A DNA stretch of 64,000 nt. Source: Mustelus asterias (taxonomy: Eukaryota). This document shows, piece by piece, positions 25,863 through 38,710 of this stretch (positions are counted from its first letter, which is position 1; each line of letters opens with the position of its first letter). Under the pieces are notes generated by a model, which saw only the letters and a list, made by a program, of their open reading frames with translations, was not told the DNA's origin and did not search any database. The DNA lies in the NCBI RefSeq assembly GCF_964213995.1, contig NC_135830.1, positions 1,612,001 through 1,676,000 on the forward strand, read 5' to 3'. A program made the translations under genes and the position numbers.

Positions 25863-26190
25863 GGGGGCACAGTGGCACAGTGGTTAGCAAAGTTTCCTCA
25901 CAGTGTCAGGAACCTGGGTTCGATTCCCGGCTTCGGTCACTGTCTATGCGGAGTTTGCACATTCTCCTCTTGTCTGTATGGGATTCCTCTGGGTGCTCCG
26001 GTTTACTCCCACAGTGCAAACTTCTGCGGGTTAGGTGGCTTGGCCATGCTAAATTGTCCCTTATTGTTAAGGGGACTAGCTATGGTAAAAACATGGAGTT
26101 ATGGGGACAAGGCCTGGGTGAGATTGTAGTCGATGTAGACTCAATGAGGCAAATGGTCTCCTTCTGCAATGTCGGAATCTATGATTCCAT
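25863..26190 (+). mobile_element. HE1-like V-SINE type 1
   Basis: Head, V-domain and tail. Confidence 0.82.
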
Positions 26191-26713
26191 GATTACTTTC
26201 ACAGAATAGAAATATGCTGTAAACCTCAGCCTCCCTGCAGTGCAACATTCCAAGTTCTATTACTCCCTTGACATTGATTTCTTTTTAAGTTAATTTCCCG
26301 TATGAACTTTCATTATATACATTCAAACATCAATGCCTTTTGCAATTCAGGCATTTACCGCCCAGTAATTCAAAGAAGTATTAGCAAACTTCCGTAAGTA
26401 GGTAAAGTGGTATGTTCTTTTATTTTCAGTTCCAAATCAGTTGATTTGTTTAAAAAACAAGAGTTTGTAACTGAACACAACCAGTGCACATTGTGTCATA
26501 TTGTATACAGAACTGAATGAAGCCTGTGTGATACGTATCGTTTATGTAGTTTAGTGGTTGCGTACCAACAAAAATTCCCCTGTTCAAAACAGAACGCAAA
26601 TATTATCAGTTGTTGCTCGTTGGTGTAGGAGCACGTTTCCCACTTGGTATTGTAATTCAGGAGGTCCTGGGTTGAAATCGCAGACGAGCTTTTTGATGTT
26701 ATTTCCTATTTTT

Positions 26714-27040
26714 TGGCGGCACGGTGGCACAGTGGTGAGCATGGCTGCCTCACAGTTTTAACGACTTGGGTTAAATTCTGGCCTTGGCTGACAGTCTACG
26801 TGGAATCTGTACGTTCTCCCCGTGTCTGCGTGGGTTTCTTCCGGGTTCTCCGGTTGCCAGCTGCATTCCAAAGCTGGTTAGTTGGATTGGCCATGAAAAG
26901 TTGTCCCTTAGTGTCCCAAGAAGTGCTTGTTAGATGGATTAGCCCTGGTTAAATTGTGGGGTTAGAGGGATGGGGTCGGCGTGGAGAGGGCCTAGGTAAG
27001 ATTCTTTATCGGAGAGTCGGTACAGAACGGATGGGCCAAA
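26714..27040 (+). mobile_element. HE1-like V-SINE type 1 (diverged)
   Basis: Head, V-domain and partial tail. Confidence 0.75.
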
Positions 27041-27344
27041 GTCGCTCAATCTTCCCCGGCTGTTCTATTATCTATTGCAAATACTTATGCGACTCATTTT
27101 TTTCCCCTAATGTTAATATTCCAGATATTGCCTTCTACAGTCAAGCATGATTTATGTTTTGCTATTCAGAACATCATTTCAAAGACCTGGGGATCCAGTT
27201 GGCTGATTAGACAGGATAAGTTAAATGTGTGTTCCTGATGACAGAAAATATTGTGGGCAGACATTAAAGATGTCGTGTAATTCAATAATCTGGCATTAAT
27301 ACTTAATGTATTGGAGAGCAAGACTAATGGCAATGTTAGAGCAT

Positions 27345-28030
27345 AAAATCATAAGAACGTAAGAACTCAGTGCTGGAGTACGCCATTTGGCCCCTCGAGC
27401 CACCTCCAACATTTCATAAGATCATGGTTGATCTTTTAGTGGACCCAGCAAAAGTTAGCTGTTAATTTCTTTACTGTTCATAAATCTATTTTTGCCTCAA
27501 AAACATTAAACGAGGTAGCCTTAACTGCACACTGAATTCCACCGATTCACAGACCTTTTGGGTGAAGAGGTTCCTCCTCAACTCAGACCTAAATCTGCTC
27601 CCCCTTCTTTTCAGTCAATGTCCCGAAGTTCGAGTTTCATCCACCAGTGGATACAACCTCCCTGCTTCTATCTTGTCCAGTGCCTTCATAATGTTTTTAT
27701 GTTTCTGAAAGATGCCCAGTCATTCTTCGAAATTTCCAACAAATATAGTCCCAGTCTACTCAGTCTGTCCTCGTACGCCAACACTCTCAACTCCAGTATC
27801 AACCAAGTGAATTGCCTCTGCATCCCCCGCAGTGCCAGTATATTCTTTCTCAAGTAAGGAGACCAACCGTTTACACAGTACTCCAGCACCTTATTCAGCT
27901 GAAAAATAAACTCCCTGTTTTTAAACTCCATCCCTCTAGCAATGAAGGATAAAATTCCATTTGCCTTCTTAATTACCCGCTGCAAACCAACATTTTGCAA
28001 TTCATGCACAAGGACATCCAGGTTATTCGG
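27345..28030 (-). mobile_element. CR1-type LINE 3' fragment
   Basis: VIKKANGILSFIARG...WSPYLRK. Confidence 0.85.
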
Positions 28031-28039
28031 CCAGGGGTT

Positions 28040-28602
28040 GAGATTAATTTGTTGATCCAGCAAAGTACTGACACGGATTAATTAAACAAAGCAAGATTAT
28101 TTGAGGATAGGAGTAAGGATGTCTTGCTGCATACAGGGCCCCGATGAGGCCACACCTTGAGTATTGTGTGCACTTTTGGTCTCCTGGTCTGAAGGAGGAC
28201 ATTCTTGCTACTGTGAGAGTCCAAACTGATTCCTGGAATGGTAGGACTGACATATGAAGAGAGATTGGATCAATTGGCGTTGTACTCGCTGGATTTGAGA
28301 AGAAAGAGAGGGGATCTCATAGAAACACGTTAAATCCTGAAGGGACTGAACAGGCTAGATGTGGAAAGAGTTTCCCAATATTGGTGAAGTTCAGAACTAC
28401 GGGCCACAGTCTAAGAATAAGAGGTATGACATTCAGGACTGAGATGAGGAAGAACTTCTTCACTCAGAGAGTTGTGAACCTATGGAATTCTCTACTACAG
28501 AAAGCTGTTGGAGCCAGTTCGTTGAATATGTTCAACATGGAGCTGGACGTAGCCCTTGTAGCAAAAGGGGTCAAGGGGTATGGAGAGAAAGCGGGAGTGG
28601 GA
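28040..28602 (+). mobile_element. CR1-type LINE 3' fragment (tail resumes at ~30395-30482)
   Basis: TTGHSLRIRG...FFTQRVVNLWN; split by the 28603-30377 insertion. Confidence 0.82.
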
Positions 28603-30377
28603 TAGAAACATAGACACATAGAAAGAAACTACAGCACAAAACAGGCCCTTCGGCCCCACAAGTTGTGCCGAACATATCCCTACCTTTTAGGCCTACCTAT
28701 AACCCTCCATCCTATGAAGACCCATGTACTCATCCAGGAGTCTCTTACAAGACCCTATTGAGTTTGCCTCCACCACCACTGACGGCAGCCGATTCCACTC
28801 GCCCACCACCCTCTGTGTGAAAAACTTCCACCAAACATTTCCCCTGTACCTACCCCCCCCCCCCCCCCCCGCCCAGCACCTTAAACCTGTGTCCTCTCGT
28901 AGCAGCCATTTCCACTCTGGGAAAAAGCCTCTGAGAGTCCACCCGATCTATGCCTCTCAACATCTTATATACCTCTATTAGGTCTCCTCTCATCCTACGT
29001 CTCTCCAAGGAGAAAACACCGAGCTCCCTCAGCCTATCCTCATAAGGCATGCCACTCAATACAGGCAACATCCTTGTAAATCTCCTCTGCACCCTTTCAA
29101 TCTTTTCCACATCCTTCCTGTAATGAGGCGACTAGAACTGAGCACAATACTCCAAGTGGGGTCTGACGAGGGTCTTATAGAGCTGCATCATTATCCCCGG
29201 ACTCCTAAACTCAATCCCTCGATTGATAAAGGCCAGCTCACCATACACCGTCTTAACCACCTCCTCCACCTGCGGGGCCGATTTTAGAGTCCTATGGACC
29301 CGGACCCCAAGGTCCTTCTGATCCTCTACTGTACTAAGAGTCTTTCCCTTTATATTGTACTCCTTCATCCCATCCCAAAATGGACCACGACGCATTTATC
29401 TGGGTTGAAGTCCATCTGCCACTTGTCCGCCCAGTCTTGCATCCTATCTATGTCCCTCTGTAACTTCTGACATCCCTCCAGACTATCCACAACCCCACCA
29501 ACTTTCGTGTCGTCGGCAAACCTACCAACCCATCCCTCCAGTTCCTCATCCAGGTCATTTATGAAAATGACAAACAGCAAGGGTCCCAGAACAGATCCCT
29601 GGGGCACACCACTGGGACTGACCTCCATTTAGAAAAAGACCCATCTATACCCACACTCTGCCTCCTTTGGGCAGGCCAGTTCTGGATCCACAGGGCAGCA
29701 GCCCCTTGGATCCCATGCCCTCTCACTTTTTCTGGAAGCCTTGCATGGGGGACCTTATCGAACGCCTTGCAAAAATCCATATAAACCACATCTACCGCTT
29801 TCCCTTCGCCAGTGCGTTTAGTCACATTTTCGAAGAACTCCATCAGGCTCGTGAGGCACGATCTGCCTTTGACAAAGTCATGCTGAGTATTCTTGAGCAT
29901 ACTAAACCTCTCTAAATGCTCAGAAATCTTTTCCCTCAGGATCTTCTCCATCAGCTTACCAACTACTGAGGTTAGACTCACCGTTCGGTAATTTCCTGGG
30001 CTATCCCTATTCCCCTTCTTGAAAATAGGAACCACATCCGCAATTCTCCAATCCTCCGGCACCTCTCCCATCTCCATCGACGACGCAAAGATCATCGCCA
30101 GAGGCTCTGCAATCTCTTCCCTCGTCTCACATAGTAACCTGGGGTACATCCCATCCGGACCCGGCGACTTATCTATCTTGATGCCATTCAAAGATTCCAG
30201 CACAACCTCTTTCTTAAAGTCCACATGCTCAATCTTTTCAGTCCACCGCAAGCCTGCGGTACATCCACCCAGGTCCTTCTTCTCTGTGAAAACCGAGGCA
30301 AAATACTCATTAAGCACCTCTGCCATTTCTACTGGTTCCGTACAGATTTTCCCACCTTCATCTTTTATTGGCCCTAT
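28603..30377 (-). mobile_element. CR1-type LINE, ~1.8-kb 5'-truncated ORF2 (RT)
   Basis: KSPGPDG, VVPIFKKG..PGNYR.VSLTSVVGK, MDFCKAFDKVPH, GVPQGSVLGP, FADDTK; several frameshifts. Confidence 0.93.
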
Positions 30378-30777
30378 AATATGTGATATTGAAAGTGCAT
30401 GATCATATTGAACGGTGGTGCAGTCTGGGAGGGCCGAATGGCCTAATCCTGCACCTAGTTCCGATGTTACTATGTTTCTATGAAAATATTCAAATACTGG
30501 AGTTTGCATAGCATATTTCAAGGGCAAATAACATCTCACATTCTTTTACAACATTTTGAGTACTTCTAAAATGATTGCTCTTGTAATGTGGGCAACTTGG
30601 TAACATATAATATCTCACATTTACCAATGTAATTGTAACAACCATGTTCTTCATTCTTAATGTGGAATGACAGATACCTTATGCAACTCGCACTTTGGAT
30701 CACTATCATTCCTTTCTTCGGAATAGTTTCAGAACAAAAAGATTTCATGCACCAGAAGAGACTGCAGCAGAATATCT

Positions 30778-31094
30778 CAGTAAGAAGTCTCACAACACCA
30801 GGTTAAAGTCCAACAGGTTTATTTGGGAGCAAAAGCCACTAGCTTTCGGAGCACTCGCTGCTCCTTTGTCAGGTGAGTGGGATTTCAGTTCACAAACAGG
30901 GCATATAATGACACAAACTCAATTTACAAAATAATGGTTGGAATGCGAGTCTTTACAATAAAAGGTCCAGGAGCAGCGAGCGCTCCGAAAGCTAGTGGCT
31001 TTTGCTACCAAATAAACCTGTTGGACTTGAACCTGGTGTTGTGAGACTTCTTACTGCGTTTACCCCAGTCCAACGCAGGCATCTCCACATCGTG
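30778..31094. mobile_element. Penelope-like fold-back element
   Basis: Head-to-head pLTR copies ending in catctccacatc. 11-bp TSD gcagaatatct at 30767-30777 and 31095-31105. Confidence 0.8.
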
Positions 31095-31479
31095 GCAGAA
31101 TATCTTACCAGAAAAATGACATTACCAGCAGTGCAGCATTCCATTAGCACTTCAGTGATGTTGTTAGTTTTGATTACATTTCTCAAGCTGTGGAGTGGGA
31201 GTTCAAACCATAGCCAAATGAACCAAAGTCGAGCTCGGTGTGACAAGCAAGGCCACTTTTTGTGCTGCAGTCGTTTCTTTGATTTCATTTTGTTTGAATC
31301 CAGGACGATAGTTCTGATCGATGCATTTTTCGCAATAAGTTAGATCACTGAAAAAGGTGAACAAGAGGACCGTTCCCAAGTAACCTCTGCTTCTTTCCTA
31401 ATTCGATCACATTTTACGTGCCCAAATTGAAATTATGGCAAGAAATTTATCAGCTGGTGTTGATATAAAATTTAAATTT

Positions 31480-31645
31480 ATTTATTAGTGTCACAAGTAG
31501 ACTCACACTGACAGTTTAATGAAGTTACTGTGAAAATGCCCGAGTCGGTAAACACCATCGCCTGAGACAGTGTACCCAAGCCGGGAATCTAAGCCAGGTC
31601 CCTGGCGCTGTGAAGCAGCAAGTGCTAACCACTGTGCTGCCTTGT
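31480..31645 (-). mobile_element. HE1-like V-SINE type 2 with internal deletion
   Basis: Head joined directly to the type 2 tail; V-domain missing. Confidence 0.72.
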
Positions 31646-34600
31646 CGCAATGCCGTAATTCAAAATAAAAATGTAAATGCGATTGCATTAAGGTTCAGAC
31701 ATAACAAGGCAGTTCAATTCCTGTAATAAAGACGCTCTCAATATCCTAGATATTGGAAGATGGTCATACCACAGCCTAATGTCCAGTTCCATGACCACAT
31801 TTCCAGCATCTCTCCATATTATTGACACTTCTATTGCTTATATCCTCTTCATTGAGTCCCAGTCACTCACCGATCACCCTGTCCTCACTTACCCACAGAG
31901 GCTCCTGGTTGAACAGCAACTCAATTTAAAATTCTCATCCATCCTGTCATATCTCTCCATGACATGATTTTTCCCCTTTTCCAGTCATACAGATGTTTGA
32001 ATCTTTTTCCGCAGGCACACTTATAATCATGAAATCCTTACAGTGCGGAAGGACGCCATTCAGCCCACTAAGTCTGCACCAATAGAGCATTTTACCCAAG
32101 TCCTTTCTTCATAACCCCACTTATTTACCCTGCTAAATCTCCCTAACCTACACATCTTTCGATGCTCGTGGAAATTTAGCATGACCAATCAACCTAACCC
32201 ACAATGTTTGCTTTGAGCTTTCCATATTTAAATCCTGATCTTCTAACATCCTGTAAATCCTAAGTCCAAGATGAAATTCAATTCATTCAATATTTCATCT
32301 CGACATGGAACAGTGAGACTCTCCATTGAACTGGTGATAAACTTGAGTTTATCTGAATTCATGTCCTCTGCACTGAGTCCCATTGCATGTGATAGATATT
32401 TCTATCACATGCATTAAGCGCATAATCTCACATAGCGGCTACAGGGCATTTCTTTTGTGTAAGATGAACTCTGGGAATAACGGGATAGTCGGAATAGTGA
32501 TGGGCTTCTGAAAGCAAACTTGAGTCTGTCGGTTACTTCCTCTCTCAGCTCGTTCTGGGTAACAGCTTTTTCCTTTTTAAAGACAGATGCAAATTTCTCG
32601 TTTCATATATTGGCTACTTCTCATGTCTGCCAGTCCAAATCTGCCTGTACATCCCGAACGTGCCTTACGCTTTGTTTTTTTTTTCAAACCACCCTTTTGT
32701 TAATTATATGCTTAGAACAGGCTTTCGTATTCTATTCTTCTTTTTCAGCTGTCAATTTATTTTCATTCCCCCTCCTTGCTGTTCTTATAGGTTCATGCAC
32801 ATCCCCTCTGTTCCTTCTGTATTCATCTGTATTTCCTCTGCATTTTCGACCTAAACCTCGTCGTACACGACTTCTTCCTTTTCATCTTCATCTCTATCTC
32901 TCGCGTCATTCAGGGCATTCTGGCTTTATTTGCCCTTCAAGGAAAAAAGTCTTGATATTTCTTGCAAAACATGTTTGCAAAAAAAGATGGCCCATTGTTC
33001 TGCCACCATTTTATTTCCCAACAATTGATTTCACCACGCTTGACACAGATGCATTTTGATGCCATCGATGTTGACTTCACCTCAACTGATTATCCCTGTT
33101 CATGGTTGTTTCTTGACTGTTTGCATGGTCAACAGAAACGTTGTGACTCAATGACCAGTGTCAACTAAATACTCTGCTGCTCAAATTTGATGCAATGGAG
33201 CTAACTGTTCGACATAATTATGTCCAACAGCACAGTAGCGGTCTTGTTAGAGAGAAGTCATGCTGCTGCCGAAAATAATATCTTGAACACATTCCAGGAA
33301 ATCACTCTTGTCATCTTGTATGATTCCTATGCAGTCCAGATTTGGATAATTGAAGTGCCCCTTTATAGTTAACTTTCAATTCATACAGCTCCGGGTAATT
33401 TATTTTCAAATTCGTAACGATACTATTCATGAATAGTATCGCACAGCAGAAACCTCACCCAGGAAGCCGCTATAAACGAAAAAAAAATAGAATTATTTTG
33501 CATTTACAAAAAAGACAACACCCAGAGAGTCCCACTTGTGCTTAAGAACCAAGACTATAAGGGATATCTAAAATAATCGATTTCTCCAGAACATTGAAGG
33601 TGAGGAGCTGGTCAATTCTGTTACAAAAATGAGGCTATGGAAAGGAAAGACTGATGTAAATGTTACTCAAGCTAAGTGACATTGAATGTCACCTGGCAAT
33701 CCAAGAGGCGGCATTCATACAGAATTCAGGCCATTTCTTACCTCAGGATGTATTTACTTCTGCGTTGTTTAGTGTTTTAAAAGTAAGTAAAAATGGGTTT
33801 CAAATAATTAAGGTTTTAAACATCCTACTGTGCTCTAAAGTATTCAAAACCTCTTAGAACACCCATGTGCCCTTCAAGAGGCTTTTACCTTCTCTCAGAG
33901 GATCGTGCATCTCCGGAGCTGTGCTCCTCAAAAGGCAGTGGAAGAAGTGTCAGAATACCTTTTAAGGTAGGGCTAGACAGATTCTTGATAAACATCGTGG
34001 TTTAGATTAGCCATGACCTTACTGAATGGTGGAGCAGGCACGGGACGCCGAGTGGCCTATTCCTGGCTCTAAATTTGTATGTTCGTCTGAATTCGCAATT
34101 GACTCCAATGGGCTACGAGTGAGGCTTCTCATGTGGCTGGGGGAGCAGCTTCCTTGGAACCTCACCATCCAGCTCTGGCTAACAGATTATTCTGTTCCTG
34201 GGGCATGCTGCAGTCAATGGTTGAAATGATGCCACAAACCATTGAATTAGTAATATCTGCATATTTAACAGCAGTTGAGTTTGAAATACCTTTGATTCAC
34301 CCCTGCCCGCAAAATCCAGGTCAAATGTGTTGAGCAAGAAAGACAGTTTGTATCCTATGGCAATATTCAGGTTTTCCACTTGAGACCTGTCAAACTCCCT
34401 GAAAAATATTGCATTCCAGCAAAACATAAACACTAGTCATGAGGCAACTGTATTAATCTGTCTCCCGCTTTTCAATTGAAGTAAAAATATCCAATGAGCT
34501 AATTACATCCCTGCAGCATGACATAGGATAAAAAATGTGCCAATCCTTCAGTGTTGTGCAGATCACGCTCAGAGTCTCCTATAGAAATGCACGGATTACC

Positions 34601-35264
34601 AACAGGCATTTGTTATTTATTACCCAATCCTTGCAGCTATCGGGATACCAGGTAAAGTATTGAATTTAATTATCGGGATGGGAATCGCCTGGAAACTGAC
34701 TAATTTCTACCATTTCAGAGGATCGCAATTCCACCACATGGGGCATCCTTTCTTCCATTTACAGGAATACATTTTCCATTGCACTTTATATTGCTCATCA
34801 GTTTATGGACAAAACCGGAATATAATTTTCGGCACACACAGCATTGATCATTCCAATTTCTTGGTATAAATTCTTAATTTTATCCATATACTTTGTTTCC
34901 TTTGCTACCATTGTTTTCCGTTGTGTTTGGTGCAATTTTAGCAAGTTACCGGCATTACATTTCGTTGTTAGTGCAATTTCAGGTTTTAGTGGGAGCCGGT
35001 GGCGTAGTGGTATTATCGCTACTATTGCAAACACCCAGTTTAATGGTTTTGAGGGGTCGGGGGGCGGCGGTCGGGGTTCGAATCTACGTGCATATCGCGA
35101 AGTCTGAATGCTTGGAAATAATGTAACTTTTCTTTCTTGCTAATAAAAACCCATCTGGTTCGCTAAAGCAAAGGAAACTTGTCACACTTAACTGTCCTAC
35201 ATGTGATTCCAGACTCGGAGAAATGCCCTCTGAAAGAGCCTGGCGAAGTTTATGTTAAAGTTTA

Positions 35265-35490
35265 AGTTTATTTCTTAGTGTCACGAGTAGGCTTACATTC
35301 ACACTGCGATGAAGTCACTGTGAAAATCCCCTAGTCACCACATTCCACCGCCTGTATGGTACACTGATGGAGAATTTAGCATGGCGAATGTTCCTAACCA
35401 GCAATTCTTTCAGACTATGGGAGGAAACCAGAGCACCCAGAGGAAATCCACGCAAACATGGTCAGAACGTGCAGATTCCGCGCAGACATC
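35265..35490 (-). mobile_element. HE1-like V-SINE type 2 (headless)
   Basis: V-domain plus type 2 tail. Confidence 0.78.
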
Positions 35491-35699
35491 TAGCCACTGA
35501 GTTGCAGGGCAAAATTAGAGTTAGGCAATAAATGCTGCCTCAGCCAGCGAAGACCACGTCTCCTGAACGAACATATATATATATTTTAAAATCCTGTTGA
35601 TATAGTTTTTTGTATGTTAGTGGCATAATCTTACCATATTGATAGTGTAATTTCTCGCTATTCGTGCTGGAATATTTTACGCTGTTAACCCTGCAATGT

Positions 35700-35885
35700 A
35701 TCCAAAGTTGTGCGAGTTAGGTTGATTGGCCATGCTAAAAATTGCCCTTAGTGTCCTGGGATGCGTAGGTTAGAGGGATTAGTGGGTAAATATGTAAGGA
35801 TGTGGGGATACGGCCTGGGTGGGATTGTGGTCGGTGCAGACTCGATGGGCCGAATGGCCTCTTTCTGTGCTGTAGGGTTTCTTTC
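35700..35885 (+). mobile_element. HE1-like V-SINE type 1, 3' half
   Basis: Very similar to 48330-48500. Confidence 0.82.
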
Positions 35886-36480
35886 TTTCTAAGTATCCTC
35901 TTTAACTTAACATCCCTTGCATATACTTAATGCTTTCTCTGTATACATTCTTCTTTGAATCCGTTGTCATTTTCTCACATTACTCTTTTAATTTCACCGA
36001 ATTACTTTTAGCATAGCATCGTGTCATTCTGTTGGTATAGAATGTTGTATAGATTATTGTGGATGAATTGCCCAACTGATATCGCCATGATAATGTATTT
36101 CAAGTTTTATTATTGTCACCTTTATTGTTGGTTAACATGATGTGATTAAGGTGCAAATATAATTCTGTTCTGCCTTTGTACTGTTATTGTGTGTGCTTTC
36201 TCCCACTGTTACCGCAATGCAACTGTCTTTGTAGAATGTTGACTGCAGAAAATTTTCAACAGCGAATTATTTTGCTCTTTTCTGTAATGACTTAACTTTT
36301 TGGGTTATTCCACGCTTCTATGGTAGTTTCCCTGTGATTTTAATATGGTTTTATTCTCTGTCAGTTTTCATTCTATGATTTAACATTTCTGTTATTGATC
36401 TGCTTTCTTGTTAATTCTGCTGACGATACAAAAAACAGAAATAATTACCCATGACAAATGCCAAAGTTGGCAACATGTGA

Positions 36481-36978
36481 CAGATGAGATTGAAAGAGTG
36501 CAGAGAAGGTTCACAAGGATGTTGCCGGGACTTGAGAAGCTGAGTTACAGAGAGAGATTGAATAGGTTGGGACTTTATTCCCTGGAGCGTCGAAGATTGA
36601 GGGGAGATTTGATAGAGGTGTATAAGATTTTGATGGGTATAGATAGAGTGAATGCAAGCAGGCTTTTTCCGCTGAGGCTAGGGGAGAAAAAACCAGAGGG
36701 CATGGGTTAAGGGTGAAAGGAGAAAAGTTTAAAGGGAATATTAGGGGAGGCTTCTTCACGCAGAGAGTGGTGGGAGTGTGGAATGAGCTGCCGGATAAAG
36801 TGGTAAATGCTTTTACCATTTAAGAACAACTTGGACGGGTTCATGGATGAGAGGGGTGTGGAGGGATATGGTCCAAGTGCAGGTCAGTGGAACTAGGCAC
36901 AAAATGGTTCGGCACAGACAAGAAGGGCCAAAAGGCCTGTTTCTGAGCTGTAATTTTCTATGGTTCTATGGTTCTATG
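36481..36978 (+). mobile_element. CR1-type LINE 3' end in the intron of pseudogene C
   Basis: ERVQRRFTRMLPG...; (ttctatgg)n tail. Confidence 0.88.
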
Positions 36979-38185
36979 TGGATTGCATGCAGGATCCTGT
37001 AAAGTTGATAATTTCTCTTAGAATTCGAGCTTTAACTCTTAAGGCACGCATTCTGTCAGTCTCTACCCCTTCTCTCTTTGTTGCAGCTGACGTGGTGGTG
37101 ATTTGATTCTGTCCCAAGGAAAATGCAATCTCTCCAAATGTCTAACTTACCACTTGGTGTCAATGGAAGTAATAGATCTGCTCGTCAATATAACAGCTGT
37201 GATACTGAACGGAATTGCTGGTATTTATTTTCCATTCAGTACCCTGTCGATCACTCCAATATGCAGTCTCTGTATTGCACCAATATATTCAGCAATGGAT
37301 GGTTCTACTTGGTTAACTGTGGCTTTCATCTTTGATCGATTTGTGGCCATTTTTTTGCTCGAAGGTTAAAACTAAAAAGTGCTCCATCAAAACGGCAGCA
37401 CAACCGATAGGGCCTGTCTGCTCACTGAGCCGTCGAAAGAACATCTTCTTATACTTTATTCATGAACCATTGTACACAATGAGTGATGTACCCCGCTGCT
37501 GCGACATAAAACAGATATTTAATACTTTGTCTGCATGGGTCACCTGTGAGTGGATACATCACATTTTAACCCCTTGCTTTCCATTGATTCTGATTCTATT
37601 GCTCAATGTCTTGACTGTCAGACACATTCTGGCAGGAGATTCCGGACCCAGAAGAATGAAAAGAGTCAGAGTGACCCAGAGATGGAGAAGCAGAGAAAGT
37701 CCATCGTTTTACTCTTCTGTGTGATAGGAAGTTTCATTCTGTTATATCTGTTGTTTCTTATAACTTTCCATTGTGTTCAATTTACCAGGCTCCGAACACG
37801 GTGAATCAGCATTCATTCCAGAGGAAAATGAATATATACTTCAGCGTTTAAGTTCCTGTATGAATGCATGTTATATGCAGGGACCCAGAGGAAACTCAGA
37901 GATGAGTTAAAGAATGGGGTAAAATATCTACTATGGCCAACTATTAAAATTGTTCAGTGATGAATATTAAAATCCAGCATGATTTTCACACCAGATTCCA
38001 TCCTGTGTTTTTCTTGCCCAGGTATACATGGTCTTCCACATTTTGTACACAGTGACACAGTTTGAGAAACATGACCACTGTCTAAATTTAAGATCTTTAT
38101 CAATTAAGGGGTGATGCGTCAGTGTAAAACGCGTGCAGAAAACTGTTCAGTTATTTGTAATTTTCGATCTTTGAAGTGAATGATG

Positions 38186-38362
38186 AACAAAGCATCATAG
38201 CTGTGAGGGACAGCTCGGTGGATAGGATATTGGTATGTAGATAGGCTGGAAAATTGGGCGGGGATCCTGGATTCAGGATTCAATCCTGGACCGGGGAGCG
38301 GCGCGGGCTTGGAGGGCCGAAGGGCCTGTTCCTGTGCTGTATTGTTCTTTGTTCTTTGTTCT
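38186..38362 (+). mobile_element. Short CR1-derived element sharing the 3' end of the young LINE at 23224-24405
   Basis: ggcttggagggccgaagggcctgttcctgtgctgta..(gttcttt)n is nearly identical to 24355-24407. Confidence 0.7.
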
Positions 38363-38557
38363 TGAAGCTGGAATGCTTAATGCATGTCAAGGAGCAAATT
38401 CATACACTTTCTGCAAACATCAATTTTATTCCTGCAATATGGACCTTGCAGCAACGTTCCATATGTGCCTTGCAACCTTAGTACCAGGAAACGTAACTTT
38501 CAGGGCTTCTGATTTTGCAACTTATGTAAGTGCCTTGTATTGCTTTCTTATTTTAGT

Positions 38558-38710
38558 TTGTGTGTGTGTGTGCGTGTGTGTGCGCGCGCGCGTGCGCGTG
38601 ATTGTGTGTGCGTTTGTGTGTGTACGTGTGTGTTTGTATGTGGCATGATTGTCTGCATGTGCTTGTTTATGTGTGTGTTTGCATGTGCGTTTTTGTGTGT
38701 GTGTGCGCGG
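38558..38710 (+). repeat. (TG)n/(CG)n degenerate microsatellite
   Basis: Alternating purine-pyrimidine tract; a similar tract lies at 47230-47430. Confidence 0.9.

Larger units (their letters stand above)
34587..37960 (+). pseudogene. GPR139-like pseudogene C (exon 1 34587-34651, exon 2 37087-~37960)
   Basis: Exon 1 MHGLPTG/FVIYYPILAAIGIP is 65 nt (5-nt deletion, frameshift), donor G|GTAAAG. Exon 2 follows ttgcag and is spread over three frames (ILSQGKCNLSKCLTYHLV...FIFDRFVAI; ...LLNVLTVRHIL; DPEMEKQRKSIVLLF), collinear with gene A. Confidence 0.9.
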
